Source: Oscillospiraceae bacterium
GTDB lineage: Bacteria > Bacillota > Clostridia > Oscillospirales > CAG-272
DNA length: 64,000 nt
Assembly: GCA_015063805.1 (NCBI GenBank)
Contig: SVTK01000013.1
Location: forward strand, 21,102-85,101
Reading direction: 5' to 3'
Shown: positions 28,344-39,234 of the stretch, in pieces
Position numbering within the stretch: position 1 is the stretch's first letter
Layout: the number at the start of each line of letters is the position of its first letter
The notes under the pieces: model-generated
What the model was told of the DNA's origin: nothing
What the model saw: the letters and a program-made list of their open reading frames with translations, nothing else
Databases searched by the model: none
Translations under genes and position numbers: made by a program

Positions 28344-29198
28344 TTAGTCGTTTTTGTCGGTGAGCGGGGCAGCGGGGGTGAGATTGCGGATCACAGTATC
28401 GATCGCGCGGAAAAGAATGTAGAGCCAAAGGGCAGTGAGGATCATCAGCTCGAAGGTGTAGTCAGAGAGCGCTGTCGAGAGTTTTGGCAGAGAGAGAAGA
28501 CAAGCCACGCCGCCGACTCCTCCCAGAAGAAGCCCGGCAAAGGTGCACACCATACCCAACCGTGGCTGTGCTTGTCCCATCAGAATCCGAAGCTCCTGCA
28601 GGAAGAAGAGCATCATTCCGATCAAGGCCAATTGCAGCATGATTTTGATGGGGTTGTTCATGGCGTGGGCGAGATCAAAATAACAGCGGGCGAGGGCCAG
28701 CAGAGCCCAAATGGGGACAAAGAAGCCCAGGAGAATCCGTTTGTTATCGGTGCGGAGGGTAGGTTTGAGGGCGGCGAGGAAATAAAGGCCGGCCAGAAGT
28801 GCGGCGGCACAGATCAAATAGTGGAGGATCCTGTCCCGAAGGGCGGTCTCGATGGAGAAGGAGACGATGCCGCGGTGTACATTGAGGAAGGACAGTGCGG
28901 CGTAAAAGATGAAGACAAAGCCACACAGCGCTGAAGCAAACACCGAAGCCGCAGAAAAATCGGGAAGGGTATCGGAGAGAAGCCCCCGGGGCATGAAGAT
29001 CAGCATGGAGAAAGCCCACAGCAGGGAAAGAATGAGCAGCGCGTTGCCCATAGCGGGGAGGGGCGTGCTCAAGGCGAAATAGCCCGAATCGGACTCGTAC
29101 GCAGTCAAAAGTGCGCACACACGGAGGATTACGGCGATCCCGGTCAAAGCAAATAGGGAATAGGCATAGATCTTGAGCTTGGCGTGAATTGCATTCAT
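28344..29198 (-). CDS. Uncharacterised polytopic membrane protein
   Basis: About 8 predicted TM helices, no recognised motifs. Start placed at MNAIHAKL. Upstream and co-directional with the HTH regulator. Confidence 0.5.
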   Translation of the reverse strand: MNAIHAKLKIYAYSLFALTGIAVILRVCALLTAYESDSGYFALSTPLPAMGNALLILSLLWAFSMLIFMPRGLLSDTLPDFSAASVFASALCGFVFIFYAALSFLNVHRGIVSFSIETALRDRILHYLICAAALLAGLYFLAALKPTLRTDNKRILLGFFVPIWALLALARCYFDLAHAMNNPIKIMLQLALIGMMLFFLQELRILMGQAQPRLGMVCTFAGLLLGGVGGVACLLSLPKLSTALSDYTFELMILTALWLYILFRAIDTVIRNLTPAAPLTDKND

Positions 29199-29443
29199 TG
29201 TATCTTTTCCTTCAATATTTATATTGGTTGTTTGCTCGATATCACTATTATAAAGCATCTTTGTGAACAAATTGTAACGATTAGCGTAAAAAGCGCACAA
29301 AACAGTGAAAAAATTCCTCTTTTAAGCCTGCATCGATGTGAAATCAGGGTGTAACAAGTGGGTTTTGTGCACAATGAACAAAAAACAGCTTGAAATTTCG
29401 TGAAATATTTCTTTCGGTTTGCCCGAAAAAAAGTAAAAAAAGC

Positions 29444-29472
29444 TTGCATTTTCAAGGCGGATATAGTATAAT
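29444..29472 (+). promoter_or_regulatory. S10 operon promoter
   Basis: TTGCAT - 17 nt - TATAAT, preceded by an A/T-rich UP-like tract. Confidence 0.6.
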
Positions 29473-29479
29473 TATAGGG

Positions 29480-29794
29480 CTTGATGTGCGATGAAGCGAG
29501 AGGTTGCCGCGAAAAGTGCCAAATCGGTGCTTGGAACGGGTAATTTTCGTGGAGTATGTCCGTGTCAACCGGGCGATAGCAAACTGTTCGGCGCAAGCCA
29601 ACGGCGTTTTTGCTTTCGTCTTACCCCGGAGCTGTCGGGACTGATGTTTCGGCAAATCCGGTTTTTGTAAGGCGAGGGTTGAAACGCACGGGCGAGTGTT
29701 GAATGGTTTCGCCCCATTTTGAAACGTTACGGCGGACGCGGTACCATGGTTCAGGCATACGCTGTAACGAAATTTTGAAAAGGAGGCAAAACAA
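29480..29794 (+). promoter_or_regulatory. Long (about 315 nt) GC-rich structured 5' leader of the S10 operon
   Basis: No ORF with an RBS. Multiple potential helices and a hairpin followed by TTTTTGCTTT around 29610-29640. Confidence 0.4.
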
Positions 29795-30106
29795 ATGGCA
29801 GTCAAAGAAAAGATTCGTGTGAGACTCAAGAGCTACGACCACACTCTGATCGACACCGCAGCCGAGAAGATCGTGGAAGCAGCCAAGAGAAACGGTGCAA
29901 CCGTTTCGGGTCCTGTCCCGCTGCCGACGGAGAAGGAGATCGTAACGATCCTCCGCGCCGTCCACAAGTACAAGGACAGCCGTGAGCAGTTTGAAATGCG
30001 CACGCACAAGCGTCTGATCGACATCATCAAGCCCTCGGCCAAGACCGCAGAGGCGCTGATGGCAGTCGAGCTCCCCGCCGGCGTTGAGATGGAGATTAAG
30101 CTCTGA
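29795..30106 (+). CDS. rpsJ: 30S ribosomal protein S10
   Basis: [16 protein letters not shown]... S10 consensus. RBS AAAGGAGG. Confidence 0.97.
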   Translation: MAVKEKIRVRLKSYDHTLIDTAAEKIVEAAKRNGATVSGPVPLPTEKEIVTILRAVHKYKDSREQFEMRTHKRLIDIIKPSAKTAEALMAVELPAGVEMEIKL

Positions 30107-30226
30107 TCTTTAATGAAGGCAAAACCAACCTTCCGACGATGATGGCAAGTCGGATCCAGGTCATGTTGGCGGATCGCTGTTGATTGCGAAAATTCAAACC
30201 GTCAACCAATAACCAAGGAGGAAAAA

Positions 30227-30859
30227 ATGAAAAAGGGTATTATCGGTAAGAAGATCGGTATGACGCAGATTTTTGACGAAATCGGCAACGTCATCCCGGT
30301 AACGGTTATCGAGGCGGGCCCCTGTGTAGTTGCACAGAAGAAGACCGCCGAAAACGACGGCTACGAGGCCGTACAGCTTGGCTTTATGGATGTGAAGGAA
30401 AAGCACATGACTAAGGCTGAGAAGGGTCATTTCGCCAAGGCAAATGTCGCTCCTAAGAAGCATCTGAAGGAGTTCCGCTTTGACGACTGCTCGGGTATCA
30501 ACGTTGGCGACATCATCTCGGTCGAAACCTTCGCCGCAGGCGACAAGGTCGACGTAACAGGGATTACCAAGGGCCACGGTTACTCCGGTGTCGTAAAGCG
30601 CTGGAACACCGCGATCAAGCGCATGACGCACGGCGGCGGCCCGATTCACCGTAACATCGGTTCGGTGGGCGCAAACTCCACCCCCTCCCGCATCTACAAG
30701 AACAAGAAGATGCCCGGTCATTACGGTAGCGAGCAGGTAACTGTTCTCAATCTCAATGTTGTCAAGATCGACGCAGAGAAGAACCTCATCGCCATCAAGG
30801 GCGCCGTTCCCGGTGCTCGCGGCGGTATCGTGTTCATCCGCGACTCGGTCAAAGCATAA
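30227..30859 (+). CDS. rplC: 50S ribosomal protein L3
   Basis: [18 protein letters not shown]... Confidence 0.97.
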   Translation: MKKGIIGKKIGMTQIFDEIGNVIPVTVIEAGPCVVAQKKTAENDGYEAVQLGFMDVKEKHMTKAEKGHFAKANVAPKKHLKEFRFDDCSGINVGDIISVETFAAGDKVDVTGITKGHGYSGVVKRWNTAIKRMTHGGGPIHRNIGSVGANSTPSRIYKNKKMPGHYGSEQVTVLNLNVVKIDAEKNLIAIKGAVPGARGGIVFIRDSVKA

Positions 30860-30877
30860 ACGGAAGGAGGAATAACA

Positions 30878-31501
30878 ATGCCGAACGTAAAAGTATTGAA
30901 TATGGCCGGTCAGGAGGTTGGCGAGATCGCCCTCTCCGATGCCATCTTTGGCGCAGAAGTGAACGGTCCTGTCCTCCACACCGCGGTTAAGGCTTATCTG
31001 GCCAACCAGAGACAGGGTACTCAGTCTACTCTGACCCGCTCTGAGGTTTCCGGCGGCGGTAAGAAGCCCTGGAGACAGAAGGGTACCGGTCGTGCAAGAC
31101 AGGGTTCCACCCGTTCTCCTCAGTGGACGCACGGCGGTATCGCGCTGGGCCCCAAGCCTCGCAGCTACACCATGTCCCTGAACAAGAAGGTTAAGCGCAT
31201 CGCTCTGCAGAGTGCCTTCTCTTCGAAGGTCGCTGCAGGTGAACTGATCGTGATCGACGAGATCAAGACGGCTGAATACAAGACCAAGACCATGGCTGCT
31301 ATGCTGAGCGCTGTCGGTGCTGACAGAAAGGCTCTCATCGTTCTTCCTGAAATGGATCAGATGGTGATCAAGAGCTGTGCCAACATCCCCGGTGTGCAGA
31401 CCTGCCAGTGGAACACGGTGAATGTCTATGACATTCTCAACAGCGGCAAGCTGGTTATCTCCCGCGCTGCTGTGGAAAAGATCGAGGAGGTGTTCGCATA
31501 A
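30878..31501 (+). CDS. rplD: 50S ribosomal protein L4
   Basis: L4 consensus, 207 aa. Confidence 0.95.
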   Translation: MPNVKVLNMAGQEVGEIALSDAIFGAEVNGPVLHTAVKAYLANQRQGTQSTLTRSEVSGGGKKPWRQKGTGRARQGSTRSPQWTHGGIALGPKPRSYTMSLNKKVKRIALQSAFSSKVAAGELIVIDEIKTAEYKTKTMAAMLSAVGADRKALIVLPEMDQMVIKSCANIPGVQTCQWNTVNVYDILNSGKLVISRAAVEKIEEVFA

Positions 31502-31794
31502 TGAAGACTGTACAGGATATCATCATCAAGCCGGTCATCACTGAGGCCAGCATGGACATGATGGCAGAGAAGAAGTACGTTTTCAAGGTCCTCAAGACCG
31601 CAACCAAGTCCGAGATCGCAGCTGCAGTTGAGGAGATGTTCAAGGTTGAGGTTGCAAGCGTTAATACCATCAACATGAAGAGAAAACCGAAGAGACTCGG
31701 CGTGCACGCAGGCTACACTGCTGCATGGAAGAAAGCTATTGTTACGCTCAAGGCTGATTCCAAGACCATCGAGTTCTTTGACGGCATGAACTAA
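31501..31794 (+). CDS. rplW: 50S ribosomal protein L23
   Basis: [15 protein letters not shown]... Confidence 0.95.
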   Translation: MKTVQDIIIKPVITEASMDMMAEKKYVFKVLKTATKSEIAAAVEEMFKVEVASVNTINMKRKPKRLGVHAGYTAAWKKAIVTLKADSKTIEFFDGMN

Positions 31795-31814
31795 GTTGGG
31801 AGGAATAAGAAAAA

Positions 31815-32645
31815 ATGCCTACCATTAAGTATAAGCCGACAACTCCGGCCAGACGCCACATGAGCGTTCCTTCCTTCGAGGAAGTAACCAAGTTTACTCC
31901 TGAGAAGAGCCTGATTGTCATTAAGAAAAAGAACGCAGGCCGTAACAGCTATGGCCGCATCACCGTTCGCCATCGCGGCGGCGGCAACAAGATCAAGTAC
32001 CGTATCGTTGACTTCAAGCGCGGCTCTGAGGCTCCTGCAAAGGTCATCGGTATCGAGTACGACCCCAACAGAACCGCTTACATTGCTCTCCTTCAGAACG
32101 AGGCAGGCGAAAAGAGCTACATTATCGCTCCCGTAGGCCTCAAGGACGGCGATACCGTTTACACCGGTGCGGATGCGGATATCAAGCCCGGCAACACTCT
32201 GCCGATCGCGAACATCCCTGTTGGTACCTTCATTCACAACATCGAGCTTTATCCCGGCAAGGGCGGTCAGCTGGTTCGCAGCGCAGGCGCTGCTGCTCAG
32301 CTCATCTCCAAGGAGAACGGCATCTCGCAGGTTCGCCTTCCTTCCGGTGAGGTTCGCATCATCCGCCTTGACTGCAAGGCAACGATCGGGCAGGTCGGCA
32401 ACATCGAGCATGAGACTGTTAAGGTCGGTAAGGCCGGTAAGACCCGTCATAAGGGTATCCGTCCCACTGTTCGCGGTTCCGTGATGAACCCCTGCGACCA
32501 CCCCCACGGTGGTGGTGAGGGCCGCTCGCCCATCGGCCGTCCTTCGCCTGTTACCCCCTGGGGTAAGCCTGCTCTGGGTTATAAGACCAGAAATAAGAAG
32601 GCAAGAACGGATAAGTTCATCGTAAAGCGCAGAAATGCTAAGTAA
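31815..32645 (+). CDS. rplB: 50S ribosomal protein L2
   Basis: [14 protein letters not shown]... and [11 protein letters not shown]. Confidence 0.97.
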   Translation: MPTIKYKPTTPARRHMSVPSFEEVTKFTPEKSLIVIKKKNAGRNSYGRITVRHRGGGNKIKYRIVDFKRGSEAPAKVIGIEYDPNRTAYIALLQNEAGEKSYIIAPVGLKDGDTVYTGADADIKPGNTLPIANIPVGTFIHNIELYPGKGGQLVRSAGAAAQLISKENGISQVRLPSGEVRIIRLDCKATIGQVGNIEHETVKVGKAGKTRHKGIRPTVRGSVMNPCDHPHGGGEGRSPIGRPSPVTPWGKPALGYKTRNKKARTDKFIVKRRNAK

Positions 32646-32659
32646 GGAGGGAATATAAG

Positions 32660-32941
32660 ATGAGCAGAAGCCTTAAGAAAGCACCTTATGTAGAAGCAAA
32701 GCTTTTTGCACGTGTTGAGGCCATGAACGCGAAGAACGAAAAGAAAGTTCTCAAGACCTGGTCCCGCGCGTCTACCATATTCCCGGAATTCGTCGGTCAC
32801 ACCATCGCTGTTCATGACGGTAAGAAGCACGTTCCGGTTTATGTAACCGAGGATATGGTCGGACACAAGCTTGGCGAGTTTGCACTCACCAGAACGTTCA
32901 AGGGCCATGCAGGCTCCAAGACGTCTAACAACGGTAAATAA
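32660..32941 (+). CDS. rpsS: 30S ribosomal protein S19
   Basis: [11 protein letters not shown]...[11 protein letters not shown]. Confidence 0.97.
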   Translation: MSRSLKKAPYVEAKLFARVEAMNAKNEKKVLKTWSRASTIFPEFVGHTIAVHDGKKHVPVYVTEDMVGHKLGEFALTRTFKGHAGSKTSNNGK

Positions 32942-32964
32942 TTGCAAAGGGAGGAATCATACAA

Positions 32965-33300
32965 ATGGAAGCAAAAGCATATCTGAAGTATGCAAGAATT
33001 TCCCCGCGCAAGGTTAAGATCGTTCTCGACCTGATCAGAGGTAAGGATGCTGCAACCGCCATGGCTATTCTGAAGAACACGCCCAAGAGCGCATCGGAAT
33101 ACCTGATCAAACTGCTGGGAAGTGCAATCGCAAATGCAGAAAACAACTTCAGCATGGACGTCTCGAAGCTTTACGTGTCTGAGTGCTTCGTATGCCCCGG
33201 CCCGACTCTGAAGAGAATCATGCCCAGAGCAAAGGGAAGCGCAGACAGAATCCTGAAGAGAACCAGCCATGTGACCATCGCGGTCAAAGAGAGAGACTGA
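32965..33300 (+). CDS. rplV: 50S ribosomal protein L22
   Basis: [18 protein letters not shown]... Confidence 0.95.
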   Translation: MEAKAYLKYARISPRKVKIVLDLIRGKDAATAMAILKNTPKSASEYLIKLLGSAIANAENNFSMDVSKLYVSECFVCPGPTLKRIMPRAKGSADRILKRTSHVTIAVKERD

Positions 33301-33320
33301 GCAAAGGAGGTTAAAGCTAA

Positions 33321-34082
33321 ATGGGTCAGAAGGTTAATCCCCACGGTCTCCGTGTGGGTGTAATCAAGAACTGGGATTCGAGATGGTATGAGAAGGACGA
33401 AACCTTCGGCGATACTCTCGTATCCGACTACAATGTCAGAAAATATCTGAAGAAAGAGCTCCAGGCTGCAGGCGTACCGAAGATCGAGATCGAGCGTGAT
33501 GCAAAGCGCGTACGCGTTTTCATTCACTGCGCGAAGCCCGGTATGGTAATCGGCCGCGGCGGTTCTGAGATCGAAAAGTACAGAACTGCTCTGGAGAAGA
33601 TGGTCGGCAAGCCTGTATCCCTCAACGTTGTTGAGGTTAAGCAGCCCGACATGAACGCTCAGCTGGTTGCAGAGAACATCGCATCTCAGCTCGAGCGCAG
33701 AATCGGTTTCCGCCGTGCAATGAAGCAGTCGATCATTCGTACCATGCGTCTCGGCGCAAAGGGTATCAAGATCTCCTGCGGCGGCCGTCTCGGCGGCGCG
33801 GAAATCGCGAGAAACGAGCACTATCATGAAGGCAGCATTCCGCTGCAGACCCTCCGTGCCGACATCGACTACGGCTTCTGGGAGGCTAACACCACCTACG
33901 GTAAGATCGGCGTCAAGGTATGGATTTACAAGGGCGAGGTCCTCTCCGAGGTAAACCGCGTCGCAGCTCAGCGTCCTGAGGTTCGTCAGGATCGCCGCGA
34001 CAACCGCCGCGACAACCGCCGCGGTGACCGCCGCGACAACCGCCGCGACAACCACACCAGAGGGGAAGGGGGCAGACGATAA
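33321..34082 (+). CDS. rpsC: 30S ribosomal protein S3 with C-terminal Arg/Asp-rich repeat extension
   Basis: [13 protein letters not shown]... KH domain. C-terminal [32 protein letters not shown] encoded by tandem CGCCGCGACAACCGC units. Confidence 0.95.
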   Translation: MGQKVNPHGLRVGVIKNWDSRWYEKDETFGDTLVSDYNVRKYLKKELQAAGVPKIEIERDAKRVRVFIHCAKPGMVIGRGGSEIEKYRTALEKMVGKPVSLNVVEVKQPDMNAQLVAENIASQLERRIGFRRAMKQSIIRTMRLGAKGIKISCGGRLGGAEIARNEHYHEGSIPLQTLRADIDYGFWEANTTYGKIGVKVWIYKGEVLSEVNRVAAQRPEVRQDRRDNRRDNRRGDRRDNRRDNHTRGEGGRR

Positions 34083-34516
34083 TGTTAATGCCGAAGAGAG
34101 TAAAGTACCGTCGCGTACAGCGCGGTCGCATGAAGGGTATCGCAACTCGCGGTAACACCATCAGCAACGGTGAGTACGGTCTCGTCGCTCTTGAGCCCGC
34201 TTGGATCACCAGTAACCAGATCGAGGCTGCCCGTATCGCAATGACGCGTTACATTCGCCGTGGCGGTCACGTTTGGATCAAGATCTTCCCCGACAAGCCC
34301 ATCACTGAGAAGCCTGCTGAGACCCGAATGGGTTCCGGTAAGGGTTCGCCCGAGTACTGGGTGGCTGTTGTTAAGCCCGGCCGCGTTATGTTCGAGATGG
34401 ACGGCGTTGCTGAGAATGTCGCAAAGGAAGCAATGCGCCTTGCATCCCACAAGCTGCCCATCAAGTGCAAGTTTGTGACCAAGGAATCGCAGAAGAAAGA
34501 AGCTGGGGAGGTATAA
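34082..34516 (+). CDS. rplP: 50S ribosomal protein L16
   Basis: [19 protein letters not shown]... The start may be the second ATG, 6 nt downstream. Confidence 0.95.
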   Translation: MLMPKRVKYRRVQRGRMKGIATRGNTISNGEYGLVALEPAWITSNQIEAARIAMTRYIRRGGHVWIKIFPDKPITEKPAETRMGSGKGSPEYWVAVVKPGRVMFEMDGVAENVAKEAMRLASHKLPIKCKFVTKESQKKEAGEV

Positions 34517-34519
34517 GCT

Positions 34520-34708
34520 GTGAAGGCAAAGGAAATCAGAGAAATGACTCCCGAAGAGCTGAATGCAAAGCTGAAGGAGCTGAAGACTGAGCTCTTCAAT
34601 CTCCGCTTTCAGCACGCGATCAACCAGCTTGATAACCCGCACAAGATCGTGGACGTTAAGCGCGATATCGCTCGCGTGATGACCGTTCTCCACGAAAAGA
34701 ATGCATAA
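34520..34708 (+). CDS. rpmC: 50S ribosomal protein L29
   Basis: GTG start. [31 protein letters not shown]. Confidence 0.93.
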   Translation: MKAKEIREMTPEELNAKLKELKTELFNLRFQHAINQLDNPHKIVDVKRDIARVMTVLHEKNA

Positions 34709-34721
34709 GGGGGACTGAGTC

Positions 34722-34982
34722 ATGACCGAAGAACGTAACCTGAGAAAAACCCGCGTGGGTCTCGTCGTCAGCAACAAGATGGACAAAACCGTCGTCGTTG
34801 CCATTGAGGACAATGTCGCTCACCCCGTATACGGGAAGATCATTAAGCGCACCACCAAGATCCATGTGCACGACGAGAACAACGAGTGCACCATCGGCGA
34901 TAAGGTGAGCGTAATGGAAACCAGACCGCTCTCGAAGACCAAGAGATGGAGACTCGTCTCGATCATCGAGAAGGCAAAGTAA
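34722..34982 (+). CDS. rpsQ: 30S ribosomal protein S17
   Basis: [19 protein letters not shown]... Confidence 0.95.
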   Translation: MTEERNLRKTRVGLVVSNKMDKTVVVAIEDNVAHPVYGKIIKRTTKIHVHDENNECTIGDKVSVMETRPLSKTKRWRLVSIIEKAK

Positions 34983-35053
34983 TTAAAACCAACACTTGTA
35001 AAGCGATACAGTAAATACGTCAAAATACGTATTGAAAAGGAGGAAACGCAACA

Positions 35054-35422
35054 GTGATTCAGCAACAGTCGTTAATGAAGGTTGCCGACAACACCGGCGC
35101 GAAGGAACTGATGTGCATTCGCGTACTCGGCGGCACCGGCCGTCGCTACGCAAACATCGGTGATGTCGTAGTCGCGTGTGTCAAGAAGGCTGCGCCCGGT
35201 GGTCAGGTTAAGAAGGGCGAGGTCGTCAAGGCTGTCATCGTAAGAAGCGTCAAGGGCCTGAAGCGCGCCGACGGTTCTTACATTAAGTTTGATGAGAACG
35301 CTGCCGTTATCATCAAGGAAGATAAGAATCCCAGAGGTACCCGTATTTTTGGGCCTGTGGCAAGAGAGCTCCGTGAGAAGGATTATCTGAAGATCCTCTC
35401 CCTCGCTCCCGAAGTTCTGTAA
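35054..35422 (+). CDS. rplN: 50S ribosomal protein L14
   Basis: GTG start. [18 protein letters not shown]... Confidence 0.95.
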   Translation: MIQQQSLMKVADNTGAKELMCIRVLGGTGRRYANIGDVVVACVKKAAPGGQVKKGEVVKAVIVRSVKGLKRADGSYIKFDENAAVIIKEDKNPRGTRIFGPVARELREKDYLKILSLAPEVL

Positions 35423-35436
35423 GGAGGTAACTTGGA

Positions 35437-35766
35437 ATGAAGATTAAGACAGGTGATACTGTAATCCTTCTTACAGGTAAGTATGAGGAGAAGAAGGACG
35501 AGAAGGGCGCACTGAAGACCCATAAGGTAATCGCTGTCTCCCCCAAGGAAGACAAGGTTATCGTTGAGGGTGTGAACGTTGCCCACAAGCATGTCAAGCC
35601 CCGCAAGCAGGGCGAGACCGGCGGTATCGTCGATACTCCCGCAGCAATTTACGCATCCAAGGTCCAGCTGTACTGCGAAAAGTGCGGCAAGGGCGTTCGC
35701 ACCAAGGCTAAGATCGACGGTGACAAGAAGATCCGCGTCTGCGCTAAGTGCGGACAGGAAATTTGA
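35437..35766 (+). CDS. rplX: 50S ribosomal protein L24 with C-terminal CxxC...CxxC zinc-ribbon extension
   Basis: MKIKTGDTVILLTGKY... KOW domain. C-terminus CEKCGKGVRTKAKIDGDKKIRVCAKCGQEI. Confidence 0.93.
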   Translation: MKIKTGDTVILLTGKYEEKKDEKGALKTHKVIAVSPKEDKVIVEGVNVAHKHVKPRKQGETGGIVDTPAAIYASKVQLYCEKCGKGVRTKAKIDGDKKIRVCAKCGQEI

Positions 35767-35782
35767 GTGGAGGTAACGAGAA

Positions 35783-36325
35783 ATGGCACCTAGACTGAAA
35801 GAAATGTATGTCAATGACGTTGCTCCCGCTTTGATGAAGAAGTTCGCGTACAAGAGCCCCATGCAGATCCCCAAGATGGACAAGATCGTCATCAACGTGG
35901 GCGCAGGCGACGCGAAGGAGAACGCAAAGGTAATCGACACCATCATCGCGGATCTGTCCCTGATCTCCGGTCAGAAGGCAGTTCCCACCTATGCAAAGAA
36001 GTCGATTGCAAACTTCAAGCTCCGTGAGGGCATGAAGATCGGCGCGAAGGTTACCCTCCGCGGCGAAAAGATGTATGAGTTCATGGACAGATTCTTCAAC
36101 TTCGCACTTCCTCGTGTCCGTGACTTCAAGGGAATCAATCCCAACGCCTTCGACGGCCGCGGTAACTACTCCGTCGGTCTGAAGGAACAGCTGATCTTCC
36201 CCGAGATCGAGTACGATAAGGTTGAGAAGATCCGCGGTATGGACATCGTGTTCGTCACCACGGCCAACACCGATGAAGAAGCAAGAGAGCTGCTTACCCT
36301 GATGGGCGCTCCCTTTGCGAAATAA
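35783..36325 (+). CDS. rplE: 50S ribosomal protein L5
   Basis: [21 protein letters not shown]... Confidence 0.95.
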   Translation: MAPRLKEMYVNDVAPALMKKFAYKSPMQIPKMDKIVINVGAGDAKENAKVIDTIIADLSLISGQKAVPTYAKKSIANFKLREGMKIGAKVTLRGEKMYEFMDRFFNFALPRVRDFKGINPNAFDGRGNYSVGLKEQLIFPEIEYDKVEKIRGMDIVFVTTANTDEEARELLTLMGAPFAK

Positions 36326-36340
36326 GGAGGGGAAAGAGAA

Positions 36341-36526
36341 ATGGCAAAGACTTCTATGATCCTGAAGCAGCAGAAAAAGCAGAAGTACTCCACCCGTGAG
36401 TACAACCGCTGCAAGATCTGCGGCCGCCCCCATGCCTATATGCGCAAGTACGGCATCTGCCGTATCTGCTTCCGTAATCTTGCCTACAAGGGCGAGATTC
36501 CCGGCGTGAAGAAGGCAAGCTGGTAA
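36341..36526 (+). CDS. rpsZ: 30S ribosomal protein S14 type Z (zinc-binding, 61 aa)
   Basis: [22 protein letters not shown] (C4 zinc motif). Confidence 0.95.
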   Translation: MAKTSMILKQQKKQKYSTREYNRCKICGRPHAYMRKYGICRICFRNLAYKGEIPGVKKASW

Positions 36527-36688
36527 AACACATTCTCCGGGGCAACCCGGGTTGTGATACTCCGTCCGGTATGGACGGCTCCAAACTATCGGCAGGAAAA
36601 CAGAGTCTACGCTCTGTTTTAACCGCCGATCAGCCGTCGGGGAGACCCGGCAGCAAGAATATTTACTTGCATAAGGAGGATAAAAACT

Positions 36689-37087
36689 ATGCAAATGTCA
36701 GATGTAATCGCGGATATGCTCACCAGAATCAGAAATGCGAACGATGCAAAGCACGCAACTGTTGACGTTCCCGCATCCAAAATGAAGAAGGCGATCGCCG
36801 ACATCCTTGTCGCTGAGGGCTATGTCAAGAGCTACACCGTCATCGAGGACGGTAAGCAGGGCGTTATTCGCATCACCCTGAAGTACGCTCCCGGTAAGCA
36901 GAAGATCATTCGCGGCCTGCGCCGCGTGTCCAAGCCCGGTCTGCGTATCTATGCAGGCTGCGAGGATATGCCTCGTGTAATGAACGGTCTGGGGATCGCG
37001 ATTGTCTCCACGTCCAAGGGTATCATGACAGACAAGAAGGCTCGTGCGCTGAACGTCGGCGGCGAAGTCCTTGCTTTCGTCTGGTAA
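36689..37087 (+). CDS. rpsH: 30S ribosomal protein S8
   Basis: [25 protein letters not shown]... Confidence 0.96.
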   Translation: MQMSDVIADMLTRIRNANDAKHATVDVPASKMKKAIADILVAEGYVKSYTVIEDGKQGVIRITLKYAPGKQKIIRGLRRVSKPGLRIYAGCEDMPRVMNGLGIAIVSTSKGIMTDKKARALNVGGEVLAFVW

Positions 37088-37102
37088 TGGGAGGTAGAGA
37101 AG

Positions 37103-37642
37103 ATGTCTAGAATCGGTAAGAAACCCATCGCAGTTGCAGCAGGTGTTACTGTCACCATTGCTGACAATAACCTCGTTACCGTCAAGGGCCCCAAGGGCAC
37201 CCTGACCCAGCAGCTCGCTCCCAACATGACCATCAAGCAGGAAGGCGCAGTGATCACCGTCGAGCGTCCCTCTGACGAGAAGAACGACCGCGCACTCCAT
37301 GGCCTGACCCGCACCCTTCTGGCAAACATGGTTGAGGGCGTAACCAACGGTTACTCCAAGACCCTGGATATCGTCGGTGTCGGTTACAAGGCAGCCAAAC
37401 AGGGCAAGACCCTGGTTCTCAACCTCGGCCACTCTCACCCCATCCACTTTGAGGAGAATGAGACCATCAGCTTTGATGTTCCCAACCCCAACCAGATTAT
37501 CGTTCGCGGTATCGACAAGCAGATCGTTGGTGAGATTGCAGCGCAGATCAGAAGCAAGAGACCCCCTGAACCCTACCTGGGCAAGGGTGTTAAGTACTCC
37601 GACGAGCGCATTCGCCGTAAGGCCGGTAAGACCGGTAAATAA
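37103..37642 (+). CDS. rplF: 50S ribosomal protein L6
   Basis: [15 protein letters not shown]... Confidence 0.96.
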   Translation: MSRIGKKPIAVAAGVTVTIADNNLVTVKGPKGTLTQQLAPNMTIKQEGAVITVERPSDEKNDRALHGLTRTLLANMVEGVTNGYSKTLDIVGVGYKAAKQGKTLVLNLGHSHPIHFEENETISFDVPNPNQIIVRGIDKQIVGEIAAQIRSKRPPEPYLGKGVKYSDERIRRKAGKTGK

Positions 37643-37660
37643 TGAAAGGAGGGGACAAGA

Positions 37661-38020
37661 ATGGTTTCCAGAATTGATAGCAATAAGCAGCGTCTTAAGA
37701 GACATAAGAGAGTTAGAGCGAAGATTTCGGGTACTGCTGCGAAGCCGCGCCTGGCTGTTTACCGCTCCAACGCTAATATCAGCGCTCAGATCATCGATGA
37801 TGTGAAGGGCGTAACCCTTGTATCCGCCTCCACCCTCGAGAAGGATTTCGAGGGAATCGGCAGCAACAAGGCTGCAGCTCGCCAGGTCGGCCAGACCATC
37901 GCAGAGCGCGCAGCAGCAAAGGGCATCACCGAGATCGTGTTCGACCGCGGCGGTTACCTTTATCATGGACGTGTATCGGAACTGGCTGACGGCGCTCGCG
38001 AGGGCGGCCTGAAGTTCTGA
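37661..38020 (+). CDS. rplR: 50S ribosomal protein L18
   Basis: [25 protein letters not shown]... Confidence 0.96.
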   Translation: MVSRIDSNKQRLKRHKRVRAKISGTAAKPRLAVYRSNANISAQIIDDVKGVTLVSASTLEKDFEGIGSNKAAARQVGQTIAERAAAKGITEIVFDRGGYLYHGRVSELADGAREGGLKF

Positions 38021-38079
38021 GTCCGGTTTGTACACTGTTCGAGAAAACACTTTTCCGAACAAATTTCAGGAGGAATAAC

Positions 38080-38586
38080 ATGGCAAAGAATTTTGACCCT
38101 GCTACCCTCGACCTCAAGCAGGCCAAGCAGGTAGCGATCAACCGTGTTTCCAAGACCGTTAAGGGCGGCCGCGTAGCCCGCTTTGCTGCTATCATGGTTA
38201 TTGGTGACGAGAACGGTCACGTTGGATGCGGCCTCGGCAAGGCAGCCGAAATTCAGGAAGCCTGCCGCAAGGGCGAGGAAGACGCTAAGAAAAACATGAT
38301 TCAGGTTTCCCTTAAGGATACCACCATTCCGCACGAGGTCATCGGTGAGTTCGGCGCAGCCCGCGTGCTGCTCAAGCCCGCAGCTCCCGGTACCGGTATC
38401 ATCGCAGGCGGCACCGTTCGTACCGTCCTCGAGATGGCCGGCATCAAGAACATCCGTGCAAAGAGCCTTCGTTCCAACAACCCCACCAATGTGGCTAAGG
38501 CTACCATTGAGGGTCTGAAGGCACTCCGCAGCGTTGAAGACGTGGCTAAGCTCCGCGACATCAGCGTTGAGCAGGTTAAGGGTTAA
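38080..38586 (+). CDS. rpsE: 30S ribosomal protein S5
   Basis: [32 protein letters not shown]... Confidence 0.96.
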   Translation: MAKNFDPATLDLKQAKQVAINRVSKTVKGGRVARFAAIMVIGDENGHVGCGLGKAAEIQEACRKGEEDAKKNMIQVSLKDTTIPHEVIGEFGAARVLLKPAAPGTGIIAGGTVRTVLEMAGIKNIRAKSLRSNNPTNVAKATIEGLKALRSVEDVAKLRDISVEQVKG

Positions 38587-38599
38587 GGAGGGCATGACA

Positions 38600-38776
38600 A
38601 TGGAAAAGAAAGTTATCCTTGTTAAGAGCCTGATCGGCGCAAAGCCGAACCAGAAGGCAACCGCCAAGTCCCTTGGTCTGGTAAAGATCGGCGACAGCAT
38701 CATCCACAACGATGACGCAGTTCTCGCCGGCAAAATCAAAGTCATCTCGCACCTCGTTGCGGTTGAAAATGTCTAA
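38600..38776 (+). CDS. rpmD: 50S ribosomal protein L30
   Basis: [27 protein letters not shown]... Start at the third in-frame Met, with RBS GGTTAAGGAGGG. Confidence 0.9.
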   Translation: MEKKVILVKSLIGAKPNQKATAKSLGLVKIGDSIIHNDDAVLAGKIKVISHLVAVENV

Positions 38777-38790
38777 AAGGAGGAATACGC

Positions 38791-39234
38791 ATGAAGCTCC
38801 ATGAACTTTCACCCGCTCCCGGCTCCAACACGCCGGCGTGGCGCAAAGGCAGAGGCCCCGGTTCCGGCAACGGCAAGACCGCAGGTAAGGGCCACAAGGG
38901 TCAGAACGCTCGCTCCGGCGGCGGTGTAAGACCCGGTTTTGAGGGCGGTCAGCTCCCCCTCTACCGCAAGCACCCCAAGAGAGGTTTCAACAACTACTTC
39001 GCAAAAGAGTATGCAATCATCAACGTTTGCACCCTCAACGAGCGTTTCAATGACGGTGACACCGTTGATCTCGCAACTCTGCTCGAGAAGAAGATCATCC
39101 GTAAGGCTTATGATGGTCTGAAGGTTCTCGGCAACGGTGAGATTACCAAGAAGCTGAACGTCAACGCAGCTGTCTTTTCGGCTAGCGCTAAAGAAAAGAT
39201 CGAAGCAGCAGGTGGAAAGACTGAGGTGGTATAA
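38791..39234 (+). CDS. rplO: 50S ribosomal protein L15
   Basis: [12 protein letters not shown]...[22 protein letters not shown]. Confidence 0.96.
   Translation: MKLHELSPAPGSNTPAWRKGRGPGSGNGKTAGKGHKGQNARSGGGVRPGFEGGQLPLYRKHPKRGFNNYFAKEYAIINVCTLNERFNDGDTVDLATLLEKKIIRKAYDGLKVLGNGEITKKLNVNAAVFSASAKEKIEAAGGKTEVV

Noticed and set aside
34996-35053. Possible spc-operon promoter and AATACGT direct repeat between rpsQ and rplN
   Set aside because: A TTGTAA -35-like hexamer exists, but no -10 element at a workable spacing could be found. Left unannotated.
36571-36765. 64-aa ORF inside the rpsZ-rpsH spacer
   Set aside because: It overlaps the rpsH start in another frame and has no RBS and an improbable composition. 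The spacer is treated as non-coding structured RNA instead.
36698-38062. Long minus-strand ORFs across the r-protein cluster (also 30194..31132, 33171..34145, 39247..40602, 42993..44243, 44266..45378)
   Set aside because: They lie opposite universally conserved ribosomal, secY and rpoA genes. Compositional artefacts.
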